Numbered from the stretch's first letter, positions 34,659 to 44,846 are shown. The stretch is 64,000 nt of DNA from Solirubrobacterales bacterium (GCA_038330145.1 JBBQNR010000004.1:6915-70914); one strand, 5' to 3'. The notes: generated by a model from the letters alone, not told the origin. Translations and numbers: made by a program.

Positions 34659-35453
34659 ATGAGCTCCAGCGTCGATTGGCGAAACCTCGTCAGGCATGCT
34701 CGCCGCCTGCCCCCGATCGTTCCCCGGCTGGGCTGGCGCGCACTGCGCGCGCTCTCGTTCCCTGGGGCAATCGCGCGCTGGCTGCGGGATCGGAGGGCCT
34801 ATCGCACGATGCCGGGAGCAGAGAGATTGAGGTGGAGGGACAGCGACCCGCAGCTGTTCGACCGCCTGCCCGCATCCCCTTACGACAGCCACTACTTCCA
34901 CCAGGACGTTTGGGCGGCGAAAAACGTCGCTGCTCGCGTGCCGGAGCGCCACGTCGACGTTGGCTCCCGGGTCGACTACGTCGGATTCCTGACCTCGCTG
35001 ACTCGCGTCACCTTTGTGGACATCCGGCCGCTGGAGGCGGCAGTCGAGGGCCTCGACTCGGTCGCGGGAAGCGTGCTCGCGCTGCCGTTCGCCGACCGCT
35101 CGCTGGAGTCGGTCTCCTGTCTTCACGTCGCCGAGCACATCGGGCTGGGGCGGTACGGCGACGAGCTCAACCCGGACGGCACGAGAACTGCCGCGGCCGA
35201 GCTGCAGCGGGTGATCCAGGCCGGTGGCCGGCTGCTCTTCTCGCTGCCGGTCGGCCGGCCGCGGCTCTGCTTCAACGCCCACCGCATTCACTCCCCGGAG
35301 CAGATCGTGGCCATGTTCCAGGAGCTGGAGCTGGTGGAGTTCTCCGGCGTCGACGACGCCGGCACCTTCAAGCGTCACCGCTCGCTCGCAGAGCTCGAGG
35401 GCTCACGCTACGCGTGCGGGATGTTCCACTTCACCAGGCCGGCGTCCCGATAG
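34659..35453 (+). CDS. SAM-dependent methyltransferase-like protein (DUF268-like)
   Basis: HVDVGSRVDY, LPFADRSLESVSCLHVAEHIGLGRYGD.L.P.G, RV...GGRLLFS.P.G..R..FNAHR. The pattern is as remembered for DUF268/Methyltransf_11-like proteins in O-antigen clusters. Confidence 0.6.
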   Translation: MSSSVDWRNLVRHARRLPPIVPRLGWRALRALSFPGAIARWLRDRRAYRTMPGAERLRWRDSDPQLFDRLPASPYDSHYFHQDVWAAKNVAARVPERHVDVGSRVDYVGFLTSLTRVTFVDIRPLEAAVEGLDSVAGSVLALPFADRSLESVSCLHVAEHIGLGRYGDELNPDGTRTAAAELQRVIQAGGRLLFSLPVGRPRLCFNAHRIHSPEQIVAMFQELELVEFSGVDDAGTFKRHRSLAELEGSRYACGMFHFTRPASR

Positions 35454-35482
35454 TCCCGCAGCTCGGCCGGCTCGCTTCGGCA

Positions 35483-36421
35483 TCAGAGCCGCGCCCGCTG
35501 GCGTTCGGCCCGGCGGCGATCGTCGATGCCCGCCCGCCGGTCACCCGCGCGGCGGTCGCCGGCCTCGGTCAGGTCGATGGCGGAAACCGGTGGCAGGATC
35601 TGATCTGCCTCGAGTGGGACCTCCCGCGCCGCAGCATCGGTGCGCTGTCGCTGCAACGCGGCGTAGCGGCGCACGTAGTGATGGCGCAGGTGGATCCTGT
35701 ACGCGATCGCGAGCGTGTCGACGAACATACGCCGCACAGCCGCGTTCGAGATCCCACTTCCCGAGAAGCGGTAATCGAGGCGGATCGGCATCTCCTCGAT
35801 GCGGTCGAAGCCGAACTCGGCCCCGACGGCCATCAGCTCGAGGTCGTAGGCATAGCGCTTGATCATCAGCAGCGGCACGACGGTGTCGAGCATCTCGCGC
35901 CGGAACAGCTTCGCGCCGACCTGCGTGTCGCGCACGTTGATGCGGAACAGCGCGCGGATCAGCCACTGAAACCCCCACGAGTACACGCGCCGGATCAGCG
36001 GATAGCTGACCTTGCTGGCCGGATGCCGCTTGCTGCCGATCACCGCGTCGATGTCCGGCGCCTGCTCGAAGCGGCGCGCCGCCTCCACGATCACTTCCGG
36101 CTGGATGTCGAGGTCGCTGTCCAGCCAACCCACCAGGCGGCCACGCGCGTGGGCCAGACCGCATGTGACTGCCACTCCCTTGCCCTGGTGCTGCTCGTAG
36201 CGCAGCACCCGCAGGCGTGGATCGGACACGGCGCTGGCCAGCTCGGCGCTGCCGTCCGTGCTGCCGTCGTCGACGACGATCACCTCGCACGGGCGCTCCA
36301 GCTGCTCCAGCGCGCGGAACATCTCGCGCACGCTGTCCTCGATGAAGGCGGCGCCGTTGCGAACCGGCGTCACCAGAGTCAGGTACGGCGTGACGCTTTG
36401 AGCCTGGGCGTCGCCGCTCAC
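35483..36421 (-). CDS. Family 2 glycosyltransferase
   Basis: LTLVTPVRNGAAFI, EVIVVDDGSTDGS, QGKGVA, and the DxD-type motif LDSDLD. GTG 36421 overlaps the flippase stop (GTGA). Only the last 312 codons of the 781-aa track ORF are real. Confidence 0.8.
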   Translation of the reverse strand: MSGDAQAQSVTPYLTLVTPVRNGAAFIEDSVREMFRALEQLERPCEVIVVDDGSTDGSAELASAVSDPRLRVLRYEQHQGKGVAVTCGLAHARGRLVGWLDSDLDIQPEVIVEAARRFEQAPDIDAVIGSKRHPASKVSYPLIRRVYSWGFQWLIRALFRINVRDTQVGAKLFRREMLDTVVPLLMIKRYAYDLELMAVGAEFGFDRIEEMPIRLDYRFSGSGISNAAVRRMFVDTLAIAYRIHLRHHYVRRYAALQRQRTDAAAREVPLEADQILPPVSAIDLTEAGDRRAGDRRAGIDDRRRAERQRARL

Positions 36422-37800
36422 GGTGCGGCGCCACTCACGTTGCGCGGGGTCATCAAGAGCCTGTGGAAGCGCAGCTCGTTGCCGAACAGCACGATCGTGA
36501 CCACGATCGCCTGCACGAGCGCGATCTGCGCCGGCGAGTCGTGGAAGATCGAGATGCCGGCGATCTGCAGCAGGATGCCGGCTCCCAGCAGCATGCTCCA
36601 GCGCCGGTCCTCGACGGCGACCGAATAGATCACGAGCAGGTAGAGGAGCGAGAGCCCCGCCCCCGCCCAGACGATCGGCAGCACGCCGTCGGTGGCTTCG
36701 AGGTACTTGCTCCCGAACATCAGCCGGACCACGGACTCCGGCGCCACGATCGCCGGCAGCGCCGCCACCACGGTCGTGATCGCGACCAGCAGCCCGGCGA
36801 TCCGGAGTACCCGGCCCGTCTCCCTGCTGGTGTGGCGGGTGCGGGCGGCGTTGGGCACCATCACGACGGCGATCGCGGCCGGCAGGAACATGACCACCTT
36901 GCCGATCGTCGAGAGGGCGGCGTAAATGCCTACCTCGTGGGAGGACAGGAACAGCTTGGCCAGCAGCACGTCGAGGTTGCTGAGCACGGCAAAAGCGATG
37001 AACGCGAGGCTGGCGGTGACCGCGCGTACGTTCGGCAAGCGCCGAAGGCCGGTCGTTGCCGCTCCCGTGCCACGACCGATCAGGTACCCGCGCAGCAACC
37101 ATGCGGCTCCCACCAGTACGACCGCGATGCCGAGCGCCTGACCGGCGAGCGCGCCGCCCGAGCCTCCCGCCGGCGTTGCGGCCCACGGAACTCCGAACGC
37201 GATCCGCGAGACGGCGATCGCAAGCAGCATCAGGCCGTATGCGAGGTAGCGGTCCATCCCCTGCAGCGCGCCCATCGCGACCGGAAGCATGAAGCCGACC
37301 ACCACCAGTGGCGCAAGCGCGATCGCGGGACCGGCGGATTGCAGGTCCAGCACGTCGACGACCATCGGGATCGTCAGCGTGTAGAGAGCGCCCACGATCG
37401 CGGCGATGATCGCCACGTGCGCGATCGCGTGACGGATCAGGTATCTGACGCGGTCGGGGCGACCGTCTGCCATGTGGGTGGCGATGCGTTCGGCGATCAC
37501 GGTCTGCGCCGCCCCGGTAGGCACTGTTATGACGACCAGCAGAGCGAGAAGTGCCGTCAAATCGCCGAAGCTGGCCGGCGACAGCACGCGACTGAAGATC
37601 AGGTTCGATCCGTAGTTGGTGACGCTCGCGAGCAGCGTCAGCACCACCATCACGGAGGCGCCCTTGCCCATTCGCGACAGCAACGGCTTCGTCGAGGCGG
37701 CCTCGGCAGGCTCGGGATGAGCCGCGGGCGGCTCGAGCAGCTCCTGCTCGTTGCTGGGCGACCTCGATCGCTCCGCGCGGCTGGTCTTCGTCTCTACCAT
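36418..37800 (-). CDS. Wzx-type polysaccharide flippase (polysaccharide biosynthesis protein, MOP superfamily)
   Basis: 460 aa with 12-14 helices. The pattern is typical: ...NYGSNLIFSRVLSPASFGDLTALLAL and VGIYAALSTIGKVVMFLPAAIAVVMVP. Confidence 0.7.
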   Translation of the reverse strand: MVETKTSRAERSRSPSNEQELLEPPAAHPEPAEAASTKPLLSRMGKGASVMVVLTLLASVTNYGSNLIFSRVLSPASFGDLTALLALLVVITVPTGAAQTVIAERIATHMADGRPDRVRYLIRHAIAHVAIIAAIVGALYTLTIPMVVDVLDLQSAGPAIALAPLVVVGFMLPVAMGALQGMDRYLAYGLMLLAIAVSRIAFGVPWAATPAGGSGGALAGQALGIAVVLVGAAWLLRGYLIGRGTGAATTGLRRLPNVRAVTASLAFIAFAVLSNLDVLLAKLFLSSHEVGIYAALSTIGKVVMFLPAAIAVVMVPNAARTRHTSRETGRVLRIAGLLVAITTVVAALPAIVAPESVVRLMFGSKYLEATDGVLPIVWAGAGLSLLYLLVIYSVAVEDRRWSMLLGAGILLQIAGISIFHDSPAQIALVQAIVVTIVLFGNELRFHRLLMTPRNVSGAAP

Positions 37801-37985
37801 GGCTGAGGAGGCTGCCTCGGGACCCCAAAATCTAAACCAGGCGGTCGCCGGTTAGTTGCGCCCGCCGCGATTCCGGCGGTCTGCGGGGGTGCCGCGATGC
37901 CGCCGCTATAGTGCCCGCCGGCTGCGTTGGTCTCCACACATGCACGCACTGAACACCCTGCACGCGGCCACCGTCGAGCTCCCGC

Positions 37986-40175
37986 ATGACTGAGCAACCG
38001 GTCGCCTCGACAACATCCGGCTCGGCGGAGGCCGCGCCGAAGACGCGACTCGCGGACCGCTCCTCCTCCAGACGGCGGATGAGATCCGGGCTCGAGCAAC
38101 GGCTTGCGCGATTGCTGTCCGTCGTCGCTCGTCTGCCGAGGCCGGCCCAGACGCTGCTCGCGACGCTCGTCTATGCCGGTGTCGCGATCCAGCTCACCTG
38201 GCCGCTGGTGACGGACCTGCACTCGATCATCTTCGGCGCCTTCGGGGACCTCACCGGCGGAATGGCGATCATGCGCGAGACCGTAGAGGGCCATCACAAT
38301 CCGTTCCTCCCCGGCACCCTCCACGACCTCAGCGCTCCGGAGGGCAGGCCGATCGAGTGGACGCAGAACATCGCGGCCTTCTCCAGCACCGGCGTCCTGT
38401 ACCTGCTGACGCTCATCTTCGGCGCGGTGCCGGCGTTCTCGCTCTTCACGCTGGGCGGTTTCGTGGCATCGGGGACCGCGATGTTCCTGCTGGCGCGCCG
38501 TCTGACGGGCAACTTCTTCGTCAGCCTGCTGATCGGCTGGGCGTTCGCCTTCTACCCGTATCCGGTCGTGAAGGCGGGAGGTCACATTCATTTCGTCCAT
38601 GGCTGGCCACTGGTCCTGATCTTCTGGCGAATGCTCGTCCTGCACGAATCGCCATCCCGCAGGAACGGCGTGCTGGCCGGACTTGCCACCGTCATCGCGC
38701 TCTCCTGGTCGCAGTACTACCTCCTGATCGGCGGTGTCGCGTTCGCGGCCCTGTTCGCGGTTGGCGTCGTAGCTCCGGCCATCCGGCGCCGCCAGGTGGC
38801 CGGAAATCTGAGGGCCCACCTCGTCGCCGCGGGAATCGTCTCCGCGTTTACCGCCGGGCTGGTCCTGCTGACCGTTGCGAGCGGCAGGGGGACGGGAACC
38901 GAAACGCAAACCCTACAGGCTCTGTACGCGTACTCGGCTCGGCCCTTCGAGTACCTGGTCCCACCGGGCGGCACCGCGATCGTCGGCGACCACACAGGTC
39001 CCTGGTTGCAGCGCCACATCCACGGATCCAACTTCGCCGAGAGCACCCTCTACGTCGGGCTTTCGATGGTGGCCCTGTCGCTGGTCGCGCTGGTCGCGGC
39101 GGCACGCCGGCGGCTGACGCCGGCATTGACCTGGGTCGTCGTGGCCGCCGCCTTCACCGGCGTCGTTGCGCTGCTCTTCTCCGCGCCCCCGAAGGTGGCA
39201 GCGTTCGGCCACCTCTTCCCGTTCCCGTCGCTGCTCGTTCACGACGTGGCCGGGGCATGGCGCGTGTACGCGCGTTTCGTGATGGTCGTGATGCTGGTGG
39301 TCTGCGTGCTGGCCGCCATCGGCCTTCAACGCCTGCTGCGCGGCAGGCCCCTGGTCGTGCAGGCCGTCATCCTGATCGCCGTCAGCGTGGTCGTCGTTCT
39401 CGACCTCAGAATCCGCCCGGTGGGCACCAACACGATGGTGATCCCGCCGATCTACAAAGCGCTGAAGGAACTGCCCGACGGCCTGGTTGTCGAGTATCCG
39501 ATCGAGGCCGCCGGCCACGGGGACTACTCGGCCGAGTTCTTTCAGGACTTCCACGGCAAGCCGATCCTGAACGGATTCGACTCGGAGACTCTCTCGGAGT
39601 TCCGCGCGCTGCGGCTCGACAAGCTCACACGCCCTGTCACGCCGGGCCGGCTCAGCATGGTGGGCGTGCGCTATGTCGTGGTGACGCACGTGCCGATCGA
39701 GGCCGGAGTGACGAGACCGGGCAGGCCGGGCAAGGGACTTCACCTCATCATGCCCGGGAAGTACGCCTCGCTGTATTCCGTGCAGGCCAAGCCTCTTCCG
39801 CTCGTCACGCTTGGTCCCGGCTTCAGCCTTCCGGAGCAGACGCCCACCGGCATCATTCAATGGCTCAGCAGCGACGAGGGCGAGATTGAGGTGAGGGCTC
39901 CGTGCTCCCCATGCGTCGGCACCCTGAACGTCGTCGCGACCAGCTTCGCGCAGCCGCGCTCGGTCACGTTGCGCGGCCCGGACGGGCGCACGCTCGCCGT
40001 GCGCCGGGTCGGCATCAGGCCGCAAAGCATCTCCTTCCCGGTCCGTTTCGATCGCCGGGCGCTGGTGAAGGTCACGACCAGCCCCGGACCGCAGCCCGCC
40101 GGCCGCGCCGACACGCGCAGCCTCAGCGTCTCGATGGGCCGACAGCGACTCAGGCTTCGAAGCCCAGCTCGCTGA
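37986..40175 (+). CDS. Large polytopic membrane protein, paralog A of an unrecognised family (729 aa)
   Basis: Colinear with the 44847-47066 product. Shared blocks are ..ITWP........G...D........RE......PFLPG...DL.APEG....W, FLL.R.LTG, and the C-terminal IEVRAPC.PC.G.L ... P.RFDRR..V. Confidence 0.6.
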   Translation: MTEQPVASTTSGSAEAAPKTRLADRSSSRRRMRSGLEQRLARLLSVVARLPRPAQTLLATLVYAGVAIQLTWPLVTDLHSIIFGAFGDLTGGMAIMRETVEGHHNPFLPGTLHDLSAPEGRPIEWTQNIAAFSSTGVLYLLTLIFGAVPAFSLFTLGGFVASGTAMFLLARRLTGNFFVSLLIGWAFAFYPYPVVKAGGHIHFVHGWPLVLIFWRMLVLHESPSRRNGVLAGLATVIALSWSQYYLLIGGVAFAALFAVGVVAPAIRRRQVAGNLRAHLVAAGIVSAFTAGLVLLTVASGRGTGTETQTLQALYAYSARPFEYLVPPGGTAIVGDHTGPWLQRHIHGSNFAESTLYVGLSMVALSLVALVAAARRRLTPALTWVVVAAAFTGVVALLFSAPPKVAAFGHLFPFPSLLVHDVAGAWRVYARFVMVVMLVVCVLAAIGLQRLLRGRPLVVQAVILIAVSVVVVLDLRIRPVGTNTMVIPPIYKALKELPDGLVVEYPIEAAGHGDYSAEFFQDFHGKPILNGFDSETLSEFRALRLDKLTRPVTPGRLSMVGVRYVVVTHVPIEAGVTRPGRPGKGLHLIMPGKYASLYSVQAKPLPLVTLGPGFSLPEQTPTGIIQWLSSDEGEIEVRAPCSPCVGTLNVVATSFAQPRSVTLRGPDGRTLAVRRVGIRPQSISFPVRFDRRALVKVTTSPGPQPAGRADTRSLSVSMGRQRLRLRSPAR

Positions 40176-41301
40176 GCGGCCGCTCGAGTAGCGCCCCCCA
40201 GTCGAAGCCCCTGGCGTAGTCGAGCGCGGCCCGGCGCCGCTGCTGCCAGCGCTCGCCATCGCTGAGCGCGCGCTCGATCGCGTCGGCGAGCGCGCCGGCG
40301 TCGAAGGGGATCAGCTCCGCGCCTGCCCGCTGCGCCAGCTCCTGCGCGTTGTGGGGCAGATCGGTCATCACGATCGGCAGCCCGGCGGCGAGATATGCCT
40401 TCAGCTTCGAGGGGTCGGCGTGCTGGGTGAGGACGTTGTCGGTGGGGTCGTAGGCCGCGACTGCCACGCTGCCGCTCGCAAGGAACGACTCGACGCTGCG
40501 CTGGTCGTCGATGAACCCGGCGAAGCTGAGCCGACCGTCCAGGCCGGCGCGCGCTGCCTGCTCGCGCAGCCCCTGCTCCAGCGGGCCCGAGCCGGCGATC
40601 TCGGCGACGAAGTCGACGCTGCGCCTGGCGAGCAGGTCGAGAGCCTCCACCAGCAGCCCGACTCCCTGCCGCCTGATCAGATGGCCGACGTACAGGACCC
40701 GGCGCGCCTTCCAGCCGTCCTCGGCCGTGACCGGCACGCGGTCCACCCAGGCGCCGATCGGCACCACGTGGGAACGAGCCGCCTGCTCCGGCCGCAGGCC
40801 GAGGCGCTCGTTGCGGCCATTCAGCGCCGCCTCGGACAGCTCGAAGCGGGCGTTCGCCGAACGGCAGCAGAGTGCGTCGAAGCGGTCGTAGGCTCTTGTG
40901 AGGGCGTTGTCGCCGAAGCGGTTCGGAACGAAGTCGACCGCCCAGTAGACGACCTTGCCGGCGCGCCCGAGCCGCCTCGCGAGCAGGCCGCGCGCGCAGG
41001 CGAGGTTGTTGAAGCCGAGCCAGCCGTCGACCCGTTCGGGCCAGAGCGGCACCAGCGGGTCGAGGACGTAGGTGAACGGTGGCCGCGAGGGCAGCCGGAC
41101 GCGCCGCACCCGCGGCTCGCTGTCGGGCTCGTAGACGGTGATCACGTGCTGGGGCTCCTGCTCGGGCTCGAGCGGGTGGAACACGGTCGTGAGCCGCCGC
41201 GCTCGGTGCTGTAGCAGGAAGTCGATCAGCCCCGAAGCGGGTGGCGAGGGGCCGGCGCCGTTGACGGCGACGAAGAAGCTGCTGTCCGAGATCCGGCGCA
41301 T
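40150..41301 (-). CDS. Family 4-like glycosyltransferase
   Basis: C-terminal GT-B half: RVLYVGHLIRRQGVGLLVEAL ... SKLKAYLAAGLPIVMTDLPHNAQEL. Only the last 383 codons of the 565-aa track ORF are real. It overlaps the convergent gene by 26 nt. Confidence 0.7.
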   Translation of the reverse strand: MRRISDSSFFVAVNGAGPSPPASGLIDFLLQHRARRLTTVFHPLEPEQEPQHVITVYEPDSEPRVRRVRLPSRPPFTYVLDPLVPLWPERVDGWLGFNNLACARGLLARRLGRAGKVVYWAVDFVPNRFGDNALTRAYDRFDALCCRSANARFELSEAALNGRNERLGLRPEQAARSHVVPIGAWVDRVPVTAEDGWKARRVLYVGHLIRRQGVGLLVEALDLLARRSVDFVAEIAGSGPLEQGLREQAARAGLDGRLSFAGFIDDQRSVESFLASGSVAVAAYDPTDNVLTQHADPSKLKAYLAAGLPIVMTDLPHNAQELAQRAGAELIPFDAGALADAIERALSDGERWQQRRRAALDYARGFDWGALLERPLSELGFEA

Positions 41302-41303
41302 GC

Positions 41304-42122
41304 TTATCCCGCCGTGCGCGCGCGGCGCGCACACGCGCGCGCGACCACTAGCCCGGCCGCCCCGGCGCCAAGCTCGAGCGCCTTCATCAGCATCATTCCC
41401 GCTGCGGTGAGGGGCTGGCGAGCCAGTCTCCTCCGGTTGCGGATGAACGCGGGCCGGAACAGTCGAGCCTGCTTTCGCGCGGCGGTGGAGTGCCTTCGCA
41501 GATAGACCTCTGCGCCCTTTCCGTAGTAGTACTTGGTGGCGACCGTCTCCCGCAGTCGCAGGCGACCCTCGTCGTGCCAGATCAGCGCATTGGTCCGCTG
41601 CACGGCGTCGTCGGCTGCCCGCACACGTTCGTGAAGGTCCCAGTCCTCGGGGCCGGCCGGGATGCTCTCGTCGAAGCCACCCGCGCGGTCGAACGCGTCG
41701 CGCGTGAAGAAACGCGCCGCCTCGATGGTGTCGTCGCCGATGTAGCAGGAACGCTCCAGCGCCTTGCAGCGCGTCCAGTAACCTTCCCCGAAGCTGACCT
41801 CCGGGATGACGACGGACTGAGCACCGCCTCGCGCGGCGTGCACGCATTCGCTGACGACGGAGCGTTCCAGCACCATGTCGCTGTCGATGAACAGAAGAAA
41901 CTCCCCGGTCGAGGCGCGCGAGCCGGCGTTGCGCTGCGCGCTCCTTTCGGGACCTGCAACCAGCACCGCATCCGCCAACTCGTGCGCGATCTGAAGGGTC
42001 CCGTCCGTCGAGTGGTTGTCGACCACGGTCAGCTCGACGTCTGGGTGATCCTGGGCTCGCGCGCTTTCGAGGCAGGTGGCTAGGGTCGTCGCCGAGTTGC
42101 GCGTGGGAACGACGATGCTCAC
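41304..42122 (-). CDS. Family 2 glycosyltransferase
   Basis: VSIVVPTRNSATTL, LTVVDNHSTDGT, RNAG, and the DxD motif FIDSDM. GTG 42122 was chosen as the start. GTG 42182 would abut the divergent gene with no gap. Confidence 0.75.
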   Translation of the reverse strand: MSIVVPTRNSATTLATCLESARAQDHPDVELTVVDNHSTDGTLQIAHELADAVLVAGPERSAQRNAGSRASTGEFLLFIDSDMVLERSVVSECVHAARGGAQSVVIPEVSFGEGYWTRCKALERSCYIGDDTIEAARFFTRDAFDRAGGFDESIPAGPEDWDLHERVRAADDAVQRTNALIWHDEGRLRLRETVATKYYYGKGAEVYLRRHSTAARKQARLFRPAFIRNRRRLARQPLTAAGMMLMKALELGAGAAGLVVARACARRARTAG

Positions 42123-42182
42123 CCGCCCAACCTTCGGGCGCTCGTCGCCCTCGGCCCGGGCGTCCGGGGCGGTGACCCTCAC

Positions 42183-43322
42183 TTGAGGCTGCTGACGCTC
42201 TCCTGGCGTTATCTCGACCACCCCGCCGCCGGCGGCGCCGAGCTGGTGACCCACGAGATCCTGAGCCGGCTCGCGCAGACGCACGAGGTCACCTGCTTCA
42301 CGGCGTCGCATCCGGGCGCGAGCACGAGCAGCGTCATCGATGGGGTGAACGTGATCCGCCGTGGACGGCAGGCAACTGTGCATTTCTGGGCGTGGCGATG
42401 GCTACGCAAGAAGCACGGTGGATACGACTGGATAGTAGATCAGATCAACACGATCCCGTTCTTCACTCCGCTCTACGTTCCGGCGCACAAGCGAGTCTTC
42501 TTCATCCACCAGCTCGCGCGCGAGTACTGGTGGCGCGAGACGCGCGGAGTGGCGAGGCTTGGGGCGCCATTCGGATACCTGGCGGAGCCGGCGATGATGC
42601 GGCTCTATCGCCACTCGCGCGGCGTGACGGGCTCCCAGTCCACGGCAGAGGACCTGGAGGCGCTCGGCATTGCCCGCGAACAGGTGACCATCGTGCCCTA
42701 TCCGCTCAGCATGCAGCCTCTGGAGGCGCTTACCGAGAAGGCTGAGCCACTCAGGATCGTTGTCTTGGGTCGCCTGACGCCGGCCAAGTTCATCGAGGAG
42801 GCGATCCGCGCCTTCGCGGACGTCCAGCGTCAGGTCCCCGACGCCGTCCTCGACGTCGTCGGCGCGGGAGACGATCCCTACAGGCGACGTCTCGAGCGCA
42901 TGGTGCGAGGGCTGGGCCTGCGTGGTGTCACCTTCCATGGTCGTGTCTCGGACGAGCGAAAGCGAGCCCTGCTGTCCCAGGCCCACGTCCACATGTTCAG
43001 CTCGCACAGAGAGGGGTGGGGCCTGGTCGTGAGCGAGGCCGCCGCGATGGGCACTCCCTCGGTCGGGTACGACGCGCCCGGCGTGCGCGACTCGATCGGC
43101 GAGCAGCGGCTGCTGGTGCCGATAGGTGACACGTCCGCTCTCGCCGCCAAGGCCGTGATGCTGTACAGGGACGCGGCGCTCTGCGCGGAGGTTCAGGCTG
43201 CGGCCTGGCGCCGCACGTTCGAGATGTCGCCGAGCGCCACCGCCGCCAACTTCGCTCACGCGCTGGGGATAGAGCCCGGAGCCACGCCGTCCGGCGCACG
43301 GGCGATCAGCCCGATGAAGTGA
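42183..43322 (+). CDS. Family 4 glycosyltransferase
   Basis: LRLLTLSWRYLDHPAAGGAE, then VVLGRLTPAKF and MFSSHREGWGLVVSEAAAMGTPSVGYDAPGVRDSI. The start is TTG. GC looks lower than in neighbouring genes. Confidence 0.8.
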   Translation: MRLLTLSWRYLDHPAAGGAELVTHEILSRLAQTHEVTCFTASHPGASTSSVIDGVNVIRRGRQATVHFWAWRWLRKKHGGYDWIVDQINTIPFFTPLYVPAHKRVFFIHQLAREYWWRETRGVARLGAPFGYLAEPAMMRLYRHSRGVTGSQSTAEDLEALGIAREQVTIVPYPLSMQPLEALTEKAEPLRIVVLGRLTPAKFIEEAIRAFADVQRQVPDAVLDVVGAGDDPYRRRLERMVRGLGLRGVTFHGRVSDERKRALLSQAHVHMFSSHREGWGLVVSEAAAMGTPSVGYDAPGVRDSIGEQRLLVPIGDTSALAAKAVMLYRDAALCAEVQAAAWRRTFEMSPSATAANFAHALGIEPGATPSGARAISPMK

Positions 43323-44017
43323 GCGTGCCGTGGATTGCGTTCGGCCAGCGCTGCGCTGAGCCGGCCGAGTGCCGGCCAGTAGGTGGCGCCAAAGACTGAT
43401 TCCGGCAGCAGGCCATGTGACCGGCAGAGCGAGTCCAGCGCCGAGAGCGTCACGACGTGCACGTGCTGCCACGACTCCCCGCGACCCTCGGTGCCGGTCG
43501 GGTGAAGCGCGAACGGATTGCCGACCGAGCCTCGATTGCTGATGTTGGTGAGCGAGAACGGCATGAACCCAAGCAGCAGCGCGCCGATGTTGACCCAGCC
43601 GGCGAGGTTCTCGGTGCACAGCACCAGCAGCCCTCCCGGTCTCAGCACGCGGACGCTCTCCTCGAGGAAGTGATCCAGCCGTCGCACGTGCTCGATGACC
43701 TGGTTGGCGTGCACGACGTCGAAGCTGTCGTCGTCGAAGGGCCAGTGCTGCTCCAAGTCTCCCTCTCGAACGTCATAACCACGCGCGCGGGCACGTTCGC
43801 GTGGCCCTTCACCGACCTCGATGCCGGCCACCTGATCGGGCGGGACACCGAGTCTCGCGGCGACCTGCGCGGTCCATGACCCGTCGTCGCAACCCACGTC
43901 GAGCAGGTGGGCATCCGGCCTGTGCGGGATCGCGGCGAGCAGCTTGCGGCGGTACTCGTCGTCGCCGTCCTCGTAGATCTTCTGCAGTCGCTTCTTCGCG
44001 GCGGGACCCAGCTTCAT
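43256..44017 (-). CDS. Class I SAM-dependent methyltransferase (tandem paralog 2)
   Basis: LLDVGCDDGSW, G.E, and FDVVHANQVIEHV..L..FL.E..RVLRPGGLLVLCTENLAGW.N. The ATG overlaps the upstream stop (ATGA 44014-44017). The 3' end overlaps the convergent GT4 by 67 nt. Confidence 0.75.
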   Translation of the reverse strand: MKLGPAAKKRLQKIYEDGDDEYRRKLLAAIPHRPDAHLLDVGCDDGSWTAQVAARLGVPPDQVAGIEVGEGPRERARARGYDVREGDLEQHWPFDDDSFDVVHANQVIEHVRRLDHFLEESVRVLRPGGLLVLCTENLAGWVNIGALLLGFMPFSLTNISNRGSVGNPFALHPTGTEGRGESWQHVHVVTLSALDSLCRSHGLLPESVFGATYWPALGRLSAALAERNPRHAHFIGLIARAPDGVAPGSIPSA

Positions 44018-44739
44018 GACGGGTCTGCCTTCTGGACCACGTAGGTGTTGTTGGGCGCCAGGCTGTTCGAGAGCCTGCAGACGAGCCGATCGGGTGCGAA
44101 GTTCCAGACGGGAGTCGAGCGCGTTCGCAGCAGGCGCAGCCGGTGCATGCTCAGGAAGTCGCGCATCGCCCCGTACGTGAACAGCCGTATGTGGCCTTCG
44201 GTCGAGTTGTTCTGACCCAGGTGCGTGGTGCGGCGCCCGAGCTTGGTCCGTGACGAGTTCTCGAGGAAGAGTGGGGAGATACCGACCAGGAGCAGCAGGC
44301 GGTTGAGCCAGTAGCCGAGGTTCGGTGTCGACAGCAGCAGCAGGCCGTCCGGGCGCAGGATCCGCTTCAGGTCCTCGACGAGATCGTCCGGGCTGTATAC
44401 GTGCTCGATCACCTCGCCACAGAAGATGACGTCGAACTGCTCTCCACCGACTTTGTCCGACAGCAGCTCGGAGTTCAGGTCGACGAGCTGGAAGGAGGGG
44501 AGATCGACTCCATCCTCGAGTGGGGCGATGTCGCACCCCGAGTAGCTGTCCGCGGGATCGACGAGTCGCGACAGCACGGCATTGCGACCGCAACCCACGT
44601 CGAGCACGTTCAGCGGCCTGCCGCGGGCCGCGCGGTGGCGCTCGTACTCGTCGATGAATACGCGCAGTCGCGAGTTCACGAACGGGATCGCCGTATCGAC
44701 CTCCGCGTAGAAGCGCTCGGCCGAACGGATCTCAGTCAT
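44014..44739 (-). CDS. Class I SAM-dependent methyltransferase (tandem paralog 1)
   Basis: VLDVGCGRNA, CDI, and FDVIFCGEVIEHVYSPDDLVEDLKRILRPDGLLLLSTPNLGYWLN. It has the same architecture as the downstream gene. Confidence 0.8.
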   Translation of the reverse strand: MTEIRSAERFYAEVDTAIPFVNSRLRVFIDEYERHRAARGRPLNVLDVGCGRNAVLSRLVDPADSYSGCDIAPLEDGVDLPSFQLVDLNSELLSDKVGGEQFDVIFCGEVIEHVYSPDDLVEDLKRILRPDGLLLLSTPNLGYWLNRLLLLVGISPLFLENSSRTKLGRRTTHLGQNNSTEGHIRLFTYGAMRDFLSMHRLRLLRTRSTPVWNFAPDRLVCRLSNSLAPNNTYVVQKADPS

Positions 44740-44846
44740 CGTCCGGAGGCGTCTTGGTTGCCGGTGATTGGAATCTCCACATCTCGCTGGCTGCCTGGCT
44801 CTGTCACCCGCCCAGGCCGTGTAAGCATGCCTGTTCGAACGGTACG

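Noticed and set aside
35483-37828. A 781-aa ORF spanning the GT2 and flippase region
   Set aside because: Only the last 312 codons carry GT2 motifs. The upstream 470 codons are Arg/Gly/Asp-rich, and the same DNA encodes a convincing 460-aa Wzx-type flippase in another frame (36418-37800).
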